Shown one piece after another: positions 7,777-16,290 of a DNA stretch of 26,284 nt. Positions within the stretch are counted from its first letter, which is position 1, and every line of letters begins with the position of its first letter. Origin of the DNA: a virus (Duplodnaviria; Caudoviricetes). Under the pieces are notes generated by a model. The model searched no databases. It worked only from the letters and a program-made list of their open reading frames with translations, and was not told where the DNA came from. The DNA lies in IMG/VR virus record IMGVR_UViG_3300042297_000410, positions 1 through 26,284 of that record; one strand, written 5' to 3'. The translations under genes and the position numbers were made by a program.

Positions 7777-7847
7777 GCATCGAACAATTAGCCGGCTGCG
7801 TCCTCCTCATCATCCTCGCCATCATCCTCACCAAAGGCACCTTCTAA
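7773..7847 (+). CDS. Small hydrophobic peptide (24 aa)
   Basis: MSIEQLAGCVLLIILAIILTKGTF, coupled on both sides. Confidence 0.45.
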   Translation: MSIEQLAGCVLLIILAIILTKGTF

Positions 7848-8062
7848 TGAGCATCCTCACCAGCCTCGGCAAAAAGAAGTATCCCGAAGACGTCTTCGCA
7901 GAGCTCCTCACCAAACGAGGCGACCTCACCGACGAAGCATTCGCCAAGCAGATCCTAATGCGACTCAGCCGAGCGTACTCGCACGCCGTTATCGATGGGA
8001 CGGATTACATCCTCGTCCCACAAATCCAGACACCTCCCACAACCATGAAAGCAGTCGCATAA
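7847..8062 (+). CDS. Hypothetical protein
   Basis: TAATG overlaps on both sides. Confidence 0.65.
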   Translation: MSILTSLGKKKYPEDVFAELLTKRGDLTDEAFAKQILMRLSRAYSHAVIDGTDYILVPQIQTPPTTMKAVA

Positions 8063-8367
8063 TGCCCACCATCGAAGAACTCCGAGCCATGCGCGACGTC
8101 TGGCCCCTCGTCCTCACCCGCATCCCCGAAGCCATCCATCGGGCCCACTCGCAACTCGACCAGATCATCGAAGACCCCGACCTCATCGACCACCTCGAAC
8201 GGAAGTTTAGGAAAGGCGAAGCCGAACACGGCGGCGAATGGATGCGAAACGCCGACAGCACCTGGCTCCTCGGAGAAGCCGCCGAAGAGATCCTCGACTT
8301 CATCATCTATCAAGCGCTCTACACCATCCACACCGACGCCATGCAGACGGAAGTAGATGCCTCATGA
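8062..8367 (+). CDS. Possible MazG-like all-alpha nucleotide pyrophosphatase
   Basis: KG...HG and EAAEEILD (ExxEExxD) acidic helix. Confidence 0.45.
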   Translation: MPTIEELRAMRDVWPLVLTRIPEAIHRAHSQLDQIIEDPDLIDHLERKFRKGEAEHGGEWMRNADSTWLLGEAAEEILDFIIYQALYTIHTDAMQTEVDAS

Positions 8368-8519
8368 GTCCTCGTGATCTTGCCGACGAGCACGCACGCT
8401 ACCGCGAAGCCCTCGAACAGATCGAACGAATGAAACGCACACCCCGCGCATACCGGCACCAGAAATTCGAGAAACTCGTAGAAATCGCACGCGAAGCACT
8501 CCGCCTCGACGACGAGTAG
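8364..8519 (+). CDS. Hypothetical protein
   Basis: ATGA overlap; helical charged sequence. Confidence 0.55.
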   Translation: MSPRDLADEHARYREALEQIERMKRTPRAYRHQKFEKLVEIAREALRLDDE

Positions 8520-8705
8520 GCACCCGATCGCCTATGATCCGAAACTGTACGGGACCTTTCTCGTGCGCCTGTCAGCGACGGCCACCCTCACGGGTGGTCG
8601 TCGTCTTTCCAGGCTACATCCAAACCCGCACCAGCGGCGTGTATCATCACAAGACCAGCCGAACGGCTGAGCGTCCGACAGGCGCCAACAATGAAAGGCT
8701 AGACC

Positions 8706-9308
8706 GTGACACTGCAAACGCGCAGAATCTACGACAAGTACGAGCGTGGCGACCATCACTGCCTCGAACATGTCTACCAATCCGTACCCGGCATCTACCG
8801 ATGCGGCGTCTGCATTCGCGAAACATGCAGCCCCCAAAAAGCCGCCCAAGTATTCTCCGAACAACTCGACGCATTCGACGCATGGTTCCGACACGAACGC
8901 AGACACCAAATATTGTCCATCGACAAGTACGCGAGCCTAGCCAAATGGTCGAGCCTATGCCCCCAATGTGCGTGCTTCATCAACAAGAACCAGAGCAGAA
9001 TCGTCGAACTGCTACACCCGCACCCGAATCCCTACACAAGGCACTACAACGATGAAGGCGGCAGCCGAGACATCAGCGGCTATTACGTTCACTTCGAGTG
9101 CTACAAGATAATGGTACGAGCTCTGCCGTGCACTTACTGTGGCGAGACACCAGCCGGAACAATCGACCACCGCACCCCTCAACTCTTCGACGGAGAAGAC
9201 GAGCCATACAACCTCGTCGCATCATGCGCGTCATGCAACTCAAGCAAAGGTACGCGCAACAAAGACAACTTCACAAGCTACGCCGAGAACATCCGAGACG
9301 AATCATGA
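8706..9308 (+). CDS. HNH endonuclease with extra Cys-rich N-terminal region
   Basis: CTYCG..TIDHRTP..G.D...NLVASCASCNSSKG. Confidence 0.85.
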   Translation: MTLQTRRIYDKYERGDHHCLEHVYQSVPGIYRCGVCIRETCSPQKAAQVFSEQLDAFDAWFRHERRHQILSIDKYASLAKWSSLCPQCACFINKNQSRIVELLHPHPNPYTRHYNDEGGSRDISGYYVHFECYKIMVRALPCTYCGETPAGTIDHRTPQLFDGEDEPYNLVASCASCNSSKGTRNKDNFTSYAENIRDES

Positions 9309-11095
9309 GCACACCAGAAACTAGCCTCCAGCACGAAGCGTTCCGACTCATCAATGAGAAGAACTGGACCATCGTCCTCGTCGGCCAAGACAAACGACCA
9401 CTAGGCGAATGGGGAGTAGGCGGACGCAACCGATACGACTACCGCAACAGCGAGAACATCTACGCCACCACCAGCCCAGGCATCGGCGTCATCACCGGCC
9501 CCAGCGGCCTCGTCATCATCGACCTCGACAATAAAGAAGCAATCAAAGCGTGGGCACAAGAATTCGGCATCCCCACCACACTCACCGCACGCACCCCCCG
9601 AGGCCGGCACCTCTACTACAACGCACCCGCCGGAACGTACATCCCACCCGGCACCAGCATCCTCCCCGGCGTCGACGTACGCGGCGGCGAATCCTACGCC
9701 GTACTACCACCCAGCACACTCCACGGCGCCTACCAATGGGCCAACAATAATCCCATAGAAGACCTACCCCAAAACGTCACCGACCTCCTAAGCACCGCAA
9801 AAACAGAACGCAAAAAGCACATCATCAGCGGCGCCAAATTCGACCCCGGCACACGCAACGACATGCTCGCAAGTATGGCCGGCACAATGCGACGCGCAGG
9901 CTTCGACCACGCCAGCCTCAGCGCCGCCCTCCACGAAACCAACAAAACCCGCTGCGACCCGCCCCTAAGCGTCGACGAAGTAGACAGCATCGTAGACAGC
10001 GTCAGCCGCTACGAACCAGCCGGACCAAACACACTCGACACCATCAGCGCACTACGCATCGAAGCCGCAAGCCTCGACGATGACGACCCACCAATACTCG
10101 CCAACAATGCCAGCCTACTCAACACAAGCGACCTCGTCCTCCTCGACCCCGACCCGATCGACTGGATCTGGGAAGGCTCACTAGCACCAGGCACACTCAG
10201 CATGCTCCACGGCGAAGGCGGACTAGGCAAGTCTTGGATCGCCCTAAAGATCGGAGAACAAATGCTACGAGACGACGGCACCCTCTTCGACAAACCCATC
10301 AACCGCGGCGGCGTCGTCATCCTCGACGGCGAGAACGCAGAAACCCAAATCCACAGCCGCATCCACTACACCACCATCAGCGAAACAGCCGACCTCCACT
10401 ACTACATGGTCTTCGACGCCATCCTCGGCCTAGAAGAACTAACCGACGAATACCTCGACTACATCATCGACCAGCACTCGCCACGCCTCATCATCATCGA
10501 CTCGCAACGCGCACTCTACGCCGGCGACGAGAAAGAACAATCCGAAGCTGGCCGAATGCTACGACGCTTCGCACGCAAAATCGAACACCACCCATGCGCG
10601 TACCTATTCATCCACCACGACAATCGTGGAGGCGACTACTCCGGCAGCTCAGACATCAACGCCGCCGTCACCGGGTGCCGCCTACACCTCAAACGACACC
10701 ACGACAAAGACAAGCCCGAAGCACGCATAATTACGCAACCGAAGAACCGCATCGCCGCCGAACTACACCGCCAAGAATTCTTACTCAACATCCAACTACA
10801 ACCACGATCACACCGGCAAAGCATCAGCGGCATCTCAATCGAACCGTACGAGAATAGTGAACTCGTCCAACGCAAACAGCGCCTAGAGCAAGCGATGACG
10901 CTCGCCCTCAACACCACGGACGGTGCGAAGTATCGCGACGTGTGGATCGCCGTCGGCTTCCAAATCGATGACGAAGGCAAACTAATGAGCACGTACGATC
11001 ACGCCTGGAACGAGCTGAAGAGTGACCTCGAGGCGCAAGCATTCAACGTCAAGACGCGCGGCCGACTTGGTGGCAGAGTATACAAAGAATGCTAA
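9305..11095 (+). CDS. Bifunctional primase-polymerase + PriCT + RecA-like (AAA_25-type) helicase
   Basis: IDLD, TPRGRHLYY, GVDVRG, VLPPS (Prim-Pol); GTRND..CDPPL (PriCT); GEGGLGKS Walker A, IIIDS Walker B, IHH. True start likely ATG 9305 (ATGA overlap). Confidence 0.9.
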   Translation: MSTPETSLQHEAFRLINEKNWTIVLVGQDKRPLGEWGVGGRNRYDYRNSENIYATTSPGIGVITGPSGLVIIDLDNKEAIKAWAQEFGIPTTLTARTPRGRHLYYNAPAGTYIPPGTSILPGVDVRGGESYAVLPPSTLHGAYQWANNNPIEDLPQNVTDLLSTAKTERKKHIISGAKFDPGTRNDMLASMAGTMRRAGFDHASLSAALHETNKTRCDPPLSVDEVDSIVDSVSRYEPAGPNTLDTISALRIEAASLDDDDPPILANNASLLNTSDLVLLDPDPIDWIWEGSLAPGTLSMLHGEGGLGKSWIALKIGEQMLRDDGTLFDKPINRGGVVILDGENAETQIHSRIHYTTISETADLHYYMVFDAILGLEELTDEYLDYIIDQHSPRLIIIDSQRALYAGDEKEQSEAGRMLRRFARKIEHHPCAYLFIHHDNRGGDYSGSSDINAAVTGCRLHLKRHHDKDKPEARIITQPKNRIAAELHRQEFLLNIQLQPRSHRQSISGISIEPYENSELVQRKQRLEQAMTLALNTTDGAKYRDVWIAVGFQIDDEGKLMSTYDHAWNELKSDLEAQAFNVKTRGRLGGRVYKEC

Positions 11096-11109
11096 TCCGT
11101 TTGCTAATG

Positions 11110-11298
11110 AAGGACCCGAGCACTTTTACGGGGTGAACACCTCCGGGTCCTTTAGTCCGCACAACAAAGCCAAATAAAGGACCCGGATCGTTCGTTACCC
11201 GGAAGGCTCCGGGTCCTTTGTAAACCCGCATGAACACAGGGAAAACCCCGTTACCCCGTTACCCGCCTATTACATAGGCTCCGGGGAATAAGATCCCC
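11110..11298. repeat. Iteron-like repeat cluster, candidate replication origin
   Basis: Four copies of the AAGGACCCG core in alternating orientation (11110, 11141-11153, 11176-11187, 11207-11219), three CGTTACCC, and hairpin gggga-ataaga-tcccc. Confidence 0.65.
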
Positions 11299-11343
11299 CA
11301 ACCCAAAAATGTAGGCGCGGCGAATACAAACGCCGCACCCGAC

Positions 11344-11610
11344 ATGCCACAATCAGCACACATGACAACCAGCGACCAGCCGAACGAGCTCTACCCGATC
11401 AGCCACTCCACGGCGTACATCTTCCTAGCTGCCCTCATCACCATCCGCAACAATGAGGACGACCATTACGACGACAATGCCGTCGACTACGCCACCAAGA
11501 TCCTACTCATCAGTCAGCACCAACCCGAGACAGTGCTAAACCTCGAGGCGTACGAACTCGAAGACATCGGCCCCGTCCTCCTCGACAACGCACACAAATG
11601 GCTCTCGTAA
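11344..11610 (+). CDS. Hypothetical acidic protein (start 11344 or 11362)
   Basis: ORF with protein-like composition filling the gap after the repeat cluster. Confidence 0.6.
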   Translation: MPQSAHMTTSDQPNELYPISHSTAYIFLAALITIRNNEDDHYDDNAVDYATKILLISQHQPETVLNLEAYELEDIGPVLLDNAHKWLS

Positions 11611-11882
11611 GTTGCTGCACGAGTTGTGGCGCTCACCTATCGAAGTATCGTAACCATCGAGAGAAACAATGCGCCCCATGCCAAGCCAGGATCATCGACG
11701 CGAGCCTCGACCACGCGTACGAAGACCACACCAACGCAACACGGAAACAGGAAGCCTTCTCGCTCCGATGGTTCGGATATGAATGGGAGACAATCGCTAT
11801 GCTTCTCGAATACCAGACCAGTCAAGCCGCCACGTCGGCCGCTCGAGACTATGCAAAGAAGAAAGGCCTCGTCCTTCCATGA
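11598..11882 (+). CDS. Zn-finger + HTH putative transcriptional regulator
   Basis: CTSC..CAPC, then RKQEAFSLRWFGYEWETIAMLLEY HTH-like. Confidence 0.6.
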   Translation: MALVSCCTSCGAHLSKYRNHREKQCAPCQARIIDASLDHAYEDHTNATRKQEAFSLRWFGYEWETIAMLLEYQTSQAATSAARDYAKKKGLVLP

Positions 11883-12142
11883 CTATCGAATTGCCTAGCG
11901 GTCACGCAGCTCCGAGCATGACGAGCCTCGACCGCGTCACGCGCCTCGCTTACGAGCACGGGTATCGCGTCGGCCTGCAGATCGGCGAGCATGACATCAT
12001 CGCCGCGCATATCCGCGACATTGAGGGCGATGAGAAGATGATCGCCGTCCTCGGGCGTAGCATTGAAGAGGCCAGCACCGAACTACTGCGACGATTCGTC
12101 GCGTCTGGTCTGATCCCACGACACATCAAAAATAAGGGGTAG
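11879..12142 (+). CDS. Hypothetical protein
   Basis: ATGA overlap; MTIELPSG... Confidence 0.6.
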   Translation: MTIELPSGHAAPSMTSLDRVTRLAYEHGYRVGLQIGEHDIIAAHIRDIEGDEKMIAVLGRSIEEASTELLRRFVASGLIPRHIKNKG

Positions 12143-12174
12143 GGGATGGTCACGATCATCAAGGGGGTGGCGGG

Positions 12175-12525
12175 GTGCCTGTCTATCAGGTCTGTCTAGG
12201 TTGTGGAGTCCTCACGGCGAATGGTTCGCGTTGCGTTCCGTGTGGGGCGAAGCGGGAGCGGGCGCGTAGCGTGACGAGAGTCCACTACAAAGGCTCTTAC
12301 AAGACGAGGAGCAGACAGGTACGTGACGCTGCGATGGCTGATCCTTCGTGCGTTTGCTGGTTGTGTGGCGAGCCTGCACGTATGGATGATCCGTGGACTG
12401 CTGACCACGTCACGCCTGGCGATCCGGATTCGATCCTGCTGCCGGCGCATCGATCGTGCAATAGTCGTCGCGGTGATGCCAAGGGTCGGCGTGCTGAGGC
12501 GCAGCGTGGAATGGAGAAGCGATGA
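12175..12525 (+). CDS. Packaging-associated HNH endonuclease
   Basis: CWLCG..TADHV..AHRSCNSRRG directly upstream of terminase genes, as in HK97-like cos phages. Confidence 0.85.
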   Translation: MPVYQVCLGCGVLTANGSRCVPCGAKRERARSVTRVHYKGSYKTRSRQVRDAAMADPSCVCWLCGEPARMDDPWTADHVTPGDPDSILLPAHRSCNSRRGDAKGRRAEAQRGMEKR

Positions 12526-12622
12526 CTACTACCCCCGCCGTACACTCCGGGGGGTGGGGTCAAGCTTGTAGGGGCATAACGCGGCTCCCCCGGCCCCACT
12601 CTTCTGTTACGGACGAAGCGTC
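12526..12622. other. Candidate cos/packaging region
   Basis: Non-coding gap with G- and C-runs between HNH and terS; positional inference only. Confidence 0.45.
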
Positions 12623-13018
12623 GTGAACCGGGGTTCTGTGGTGTCGTGTCCTGACGACCTCGGCCCTGATGGTCGCCGCGCGTTCGTGATGGCGTCGAAG
12701 CATGTCGACGTGCTGGCTGATCCCGAGCGGTTTGCTGATGCGGTGCTCAGGTTTGCTCGTGCGATTGACATGGTTGAGGAGGTTCGGGCTGAGTGGGTCT
12801 CGTCTGGTCGCCCAAAATTGTTTACTCATTCCAATGGTGCTGTCGTTCCGCATCCGCTGGTCAAGTTGTTGGCTGAGTCGGAGAAGGATGCGGCGCGTTA
12901 TGGTCGCGCGTTGAAGTTGGAGCCGGAGGCGTTGAAGAATCAGCAGGGCGGCGTCAAGGGTCGTACGGTGGCGAAGGATCGTCAGGCTCCGCCGATTATT
13001 CGTGTGGCGTCGAAGTGA
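12623..13018 (+). CDS. terS: Terminase small subunit (P27-like)
   Basis: CPDDLGPDGRRAF..NGAVVPHPLV..YGRALKLEP pattern; upstream of terL. Confidence 0.8.
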   Translation: MNRGSVVSCPDDLGPDGRRAFVMASKHVDVLADPERFADAVLRFARAIDMVEEVRAEWVSSGRPKLFTHSNGAVVPHPLVKLLAESEKDAARYGRALKLEPEALKNQQGGVKGRTVAKDRQAPPIIRVASK

Positions 13019-14526
13019 GTACGTTGACGCGGATGCGGTGGGAGGAGTACGCGTCGGGGTCGAGGATTGACCATTTCGCGTGGTGGTGCGAGACGTATCT
13101 GGTGCAGAGTATCGACCAGTTCGCTGGTGAGCCGCTGGTGATTGAACCGTGGCAAGTCGAGTTCATGGGTGAGGCGTTGGCGACGAGTGACCCGACGGGC
13201 GCGACGCCATCGTGGGGCTCGGTGACGCTTGTGGTAAGTCGCAAGAATGGCAAGACTTCGATGCTCGCCGCTTACGCTCTCTATCGCCTGCTCATGGATG
13301 AGACGCAGCCGGAGATCCTCCTGGCGGCTGCGAGTGATAAACAGGCCGGCCGTCTCTTCGATTCGATCGTGTCGTATATTCGCCGGAATCCCGAGCTGGC
13401 GAGTATGGTCGTGCTTCGCGAATACATTGGCGAGATCGCTAGGGCTGATGGTGGTGGCAAGATTATGCGGATGGCGTCTGATCCGAATACGCTGCACGGC
13501 TTCTCGCCGTCGCTTGTAATCGCTGACGAGTTGCACGCCTGGACGAAGCCGACGCAGCGGAAGGCTTGGGCGGCGTTGACGACGGGCGGCGGCGCTCGTA
13601 AAAATACCCAAACGTTTACCATAACTACGGCCGGGGATGCCAACGAACGCGACACGGGAATCCTCGGACGGATGATCGATCGCAACGAATCCGTCGGCGA
13701 TGTTGAGAAGCATCCGGGCCTCACGATCAGTCGAAACAAAAATGCGCGGACGCTGATCTATAACTATTCGGCACCTACAAAGGACGCCACAGATTCGGCA
13801 GCGTTGAAGCTCGCCAATCCTGCGTCGTGGATTACGGAGGAGTACCTGGAGCGGCAGGCTGCGAATCCCGAACTATCCGCGGAGGAGGTTCTCCAGCTGC
13901 ATGGGTGTGTGTGGGTTGCGGGTGCCAATGCGTGGATCTCGGCTGACTGGTGGAATAACGCGATCGAGCGGGACGTGATTATCGAGCCGGGCAGTCGCGT
14001 CTCGATTGGCATTGACGTGGGCATCGTTCATGACGCGACGGCTTGTGTAATGGCGTGGCAGCGTCCCGACGATCAGCGCATCGTCCTAGAGGCGAAGATA
14101 TGGACGCCGTCGCCTGGCCGTAACGTGGATCTCGCCGAGGTCGAAGATCATATCCGCATGATTGGCGCCGAGTACGAGTTGGCTGGATGCTTCTACGATC
14201 CGCGATTCTTCGAGCGATCCGCGCAGACACTAGACGCTGAGGGTCTGATTATGGTGACGATGCCGCAGAACTCGGCGACGATGGCGGACGCGTACCAGAC
14301 TTTCTACGCCATGCTCGGCGAGGGCAATCTGCGACACTCGGGAACGGACGGAGAGTTCGCCCAACATTGTCTCCAGACTGTTGGGCAGATGACGGACCGA
14401 GGATGGAAGATCAGTAAGATGAGGCAGCGTCAACGTATCGATGCTCTTGTGGCTGGCGTGATGGCCACGTATGGTGCAGTTATCCAATCGGAGGGAGCGA
14501 TCGTGCCGGGGTTCTTTAGTGTCTAA
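13015..14526 (+). CDS. terL: Terminase large subunit
   Basis: LEPWQ-like IEPWQ, RKNGKT Walker A, IADELH Walker B, ITTAG, GIDVG, YDP, RIDALVA. Confidence 0.95.
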   Translation: MSTLTRMRWEEYASGSRIDHFAWWCETYLVQSIDQFAGEPLVIEPWQVEFMGEALATSDPTGATPSWGSVTLVVSRKNGKTSMLAAYALYRLLMDETQPEILLAAASDKQAGRLFDSIVSYIRRNPELASMVVLREYIGEIARADGGGKIMRMASDPNTLHGFSPSLVIADELHAWTKPTQRKAWAALTTGGGARKNTQTFTITTAGDANERDTGILGRMIDRNESVGDVEKHPGLTISRNKNARTLIYNYSAPTKDATDSAALKLANPASWITEEYLERQAANPELSAEEVLQLHGCVWVAGANAWISADWWNNAIERDVIIEPGSRVSIGIDVGIVHDATACVMAWQRPDDQRIVLEAKIWTPSPGRNVDLAEVEDHIRMIGAEYELAGCFYDPRFFERSAQTLDAEGLIMVTMPQNSATMADAYQTFYAMLGEGNLRHSGTDGEFAQHCLQTVGQMTDRGWKISKMRQRQRIDALVAGVMATYGAVIQSEGAIVPGFFSV

Positions 14527-14677
14527 ATCGGCGGCTATCATTCTAGTAGTGGAATCGTTCGCTGCGATTCTAATCTCGGTCGGTATTGGCTTGCTGCTCG
14601 TGCCGGCGGGTATCATCGCAGCGGGTGTATTTCTCCTAGTGTTCGGCATCGCATACGAGAGGTCCCGTGCTCAATAG
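14519..14677 (+). CDS. Small two-TM membrane protein between terL and portal
   Basis: Hydrophobic 52-aa ORF overlapping both neighbours. Confidence 0.7.
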   Translation: MSKSAAIILVVESFAAILISVGIGLLLVPAGIIAAGVFLLVFGIAYERSRAQ

Positions 14678-16028
14678 AATCTTCAACCAGTCGAGTGAGC
14701 ACGAAGAGCGTGCGATCAGCTTCCAGAGCATGTTCGCCTCCGGCGATGACTTGATGCTGAGCACGAGCAGCGGCGTCACGATGAGCCAGGACGAGTCGAT
14801 GCGGCTCGGCGTTGTCTACGCTTGTGTCCGACTGATCGCAGATTCTATTTCTACGCTGCCGGTTGATTCGTTCGTGCGGCGTGATGGTACGCGGACGCCG
14901 TATCGTCCTCGTCCTGTCTGGCTCGACTTGCCGGAGGTTGGCGTCTCACGGACGGCGCACTTCCAACAGGTCCTCGTGTCGCTCCTAATCAATGGCAACT
15001 CGTTCACGCGTATCCTGCGCGACGATCAGGGCATCGCCGGGCTTGTCGTGCTGAATCCGAAGCGCGTTGAGATTCGCCTGAGTAAGACTACGCGGCGTCC
15101 CGAGTACGTCGTCGACAATGGCAAAGAGATCGTGGCCTATGAGGACATGATTCATATCACCGAGTTGCAGATGCCGGGCGAGTTGCGTGGCCGGTCGCGG
15201 ATCGATCTTGTGAAGGAGACGCTGGGGCTGGCTAAGGCTCTCGACGCGTTCGCCCAATTATTCTTCGGGCAGGGCTCGACGGTAGGCGGCCTGATTGAGT
15301 ACCCCGGCAATCTGACGCGCGAGCAGGCGAAGGATCTTGCGGACTCGTTCGAGGCGCAGCATCGTAGCGTGCGGCGTGCTCATCGCCCTGGCGTGCTGTT
15401 TGGTGGGGCGAAGTTTACGAAGACGAGTGTGCAGCCGAATGAGGCGCAGATGCTCGAGTCGCGCCAGTTCGCTGTCGAGGAGATCGCGCGCACGTTTAGG
15501 TGTCCGCCGTCGATGATTGGCGTTACCACTCCTGGCGCAATGAGTTACGCAAGCGTTGAGCAGAATGGCATCCAGTTCGTGACGCATACGCTGCGTCCGT
15601 ACATCGTCAAGATTGAGGACTCGTATTCGCGCCTCCTGCCGGGCGTCGCATTCCTATCCTTCAACGTGAACGGCCTGCTCCGCGGCGACACGGCTAGCCG
15701 ATACTCGGCCTACTCGACAGGCTTGCAGGCTGGATTCTTTAGCGTGAATGATGTGCGTCGTATTGAGGACTTTCCGCCGGTAGACGGCGGCGACGTGAAC
15801 CGCGTGCCCCTTGCGAATGTCGATCTTGCCGCGGCGAACCTGACCGAGCTTGACAAGAAGAGCGTCATCGCGCAGCGCATGATCCAGTCCGGCTTTGATC
15901 CGGCCGCTGTCCTCGAGTCGCTCGGCTTGCAGGCGCTTCCGCATACGGGCCTGCCGAGTGTGCAGCTGCAGGCTATCGCGCAGGTCGATCCCGAAGATCC
16001 CAAGGCGGCTTACGAGGTCGACGCGTGA
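14667..16028 (+). CDS. Portal protein, HK97 family
   Basis: VYACVRLIADSISTLP, LLINGN, EEIARTFRCPP, TLRPY, LLRGD, SVNDVR. Confidence 0.95.
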   Translation: MLNRIFNQSSEHEERAISFQSMFASGDDLMLSTSSGVTMSQDESMRLGVVYACVRLIADSISTLPVDSFVRRDGTRTPYRPRPVWLDLPEVGVSRTAHFQQVLVSLLINGNSFTRILRDDQGIAGLVVLNPKRVEIRLSKTTRRPEYVVDNGKEIVAYEDMIHITELQMPGELRGRSRIDLVKETLGLAKALDAFAQLFFGQGSTVGGLIEYPGNLTREQAKDLADSFEAQHRSVRRAHRPGVLFGGAKFTKTSVQPNEAQMLESRQFAVEEIARTFRCPPSMIGVTTPGAMSYASVEQNGIQFVTHTLRPYIVKIEDSYSRLLPGVAFLSFNVNGLLRGDTASRYSAYSTGLQAGFFSVNDVRRIEDFPPVDGGDVNRVPLANVDLAAANLTELDKKSVIAQRMIQSGFDPAAVLESLGLQALPHTGLPSVQLQAIAQVDPEDPKAAYEVDA

Positions 16029-16288
16029 CGATCGCCACGAATCAGATCACGCTAGGCACGGCGCGCGCAGTTGTCGCCGGCGCTAGTCAGATGAGTCAGC
16101 GCGTAACGATTCACAATAACGAGTCGGCGCAGCAAGTCTTCCTCGGAGGATCAGACGTGACGACTAGCAACGGTATCCATCTTGACGGTAAGGAAGAGCG
16201 ATCGATCACGCTGAACCCTGGCGAGGTTCTCTATGGCATCGCCAGCGGATCGCATTCGGTCAGCGTGATGATCCAGACGATGGGGTAA
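16025..16288 (+). CDS. Small beta-rich probable virion protein
   Basis: GTGA overlap; located in head module. Confidence 0.65.
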   Translation: MTIATNQITLGTARAVVAGASQMSQRVTIHNNESAQQVFLGGSDVTTSNGIHLDGKEERSITLNPGEVLYGIASGSHSVSVMIQTMG

Positions 16289-16290
16289 GC

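Noticed and set aside
8534-9055. 173-aa plus-strand ORF overlapping the HNH gene
   Set aside because: Arg/Pro-rich off-frame composition with a large overlap; the 8520-8705 gap remains unexplained.
9098-9304. N-terminal extension of the primase ORF in the ORF track
   Set aside because: Overlaps the HNH gene; ATG 9305 in an ATGA overlap is the more plausible start.
10234-10857. Arg/His/Pro-rich alternative-frame ORF (and similar shadow ORFs throughout)
   Set aside because: A by-product of codon bias inside clear genes.
11100-11300. Mini-CRISPR array
   Set aside because: Repeats are 9-13 bp and alternate in orientation; no cas genes.
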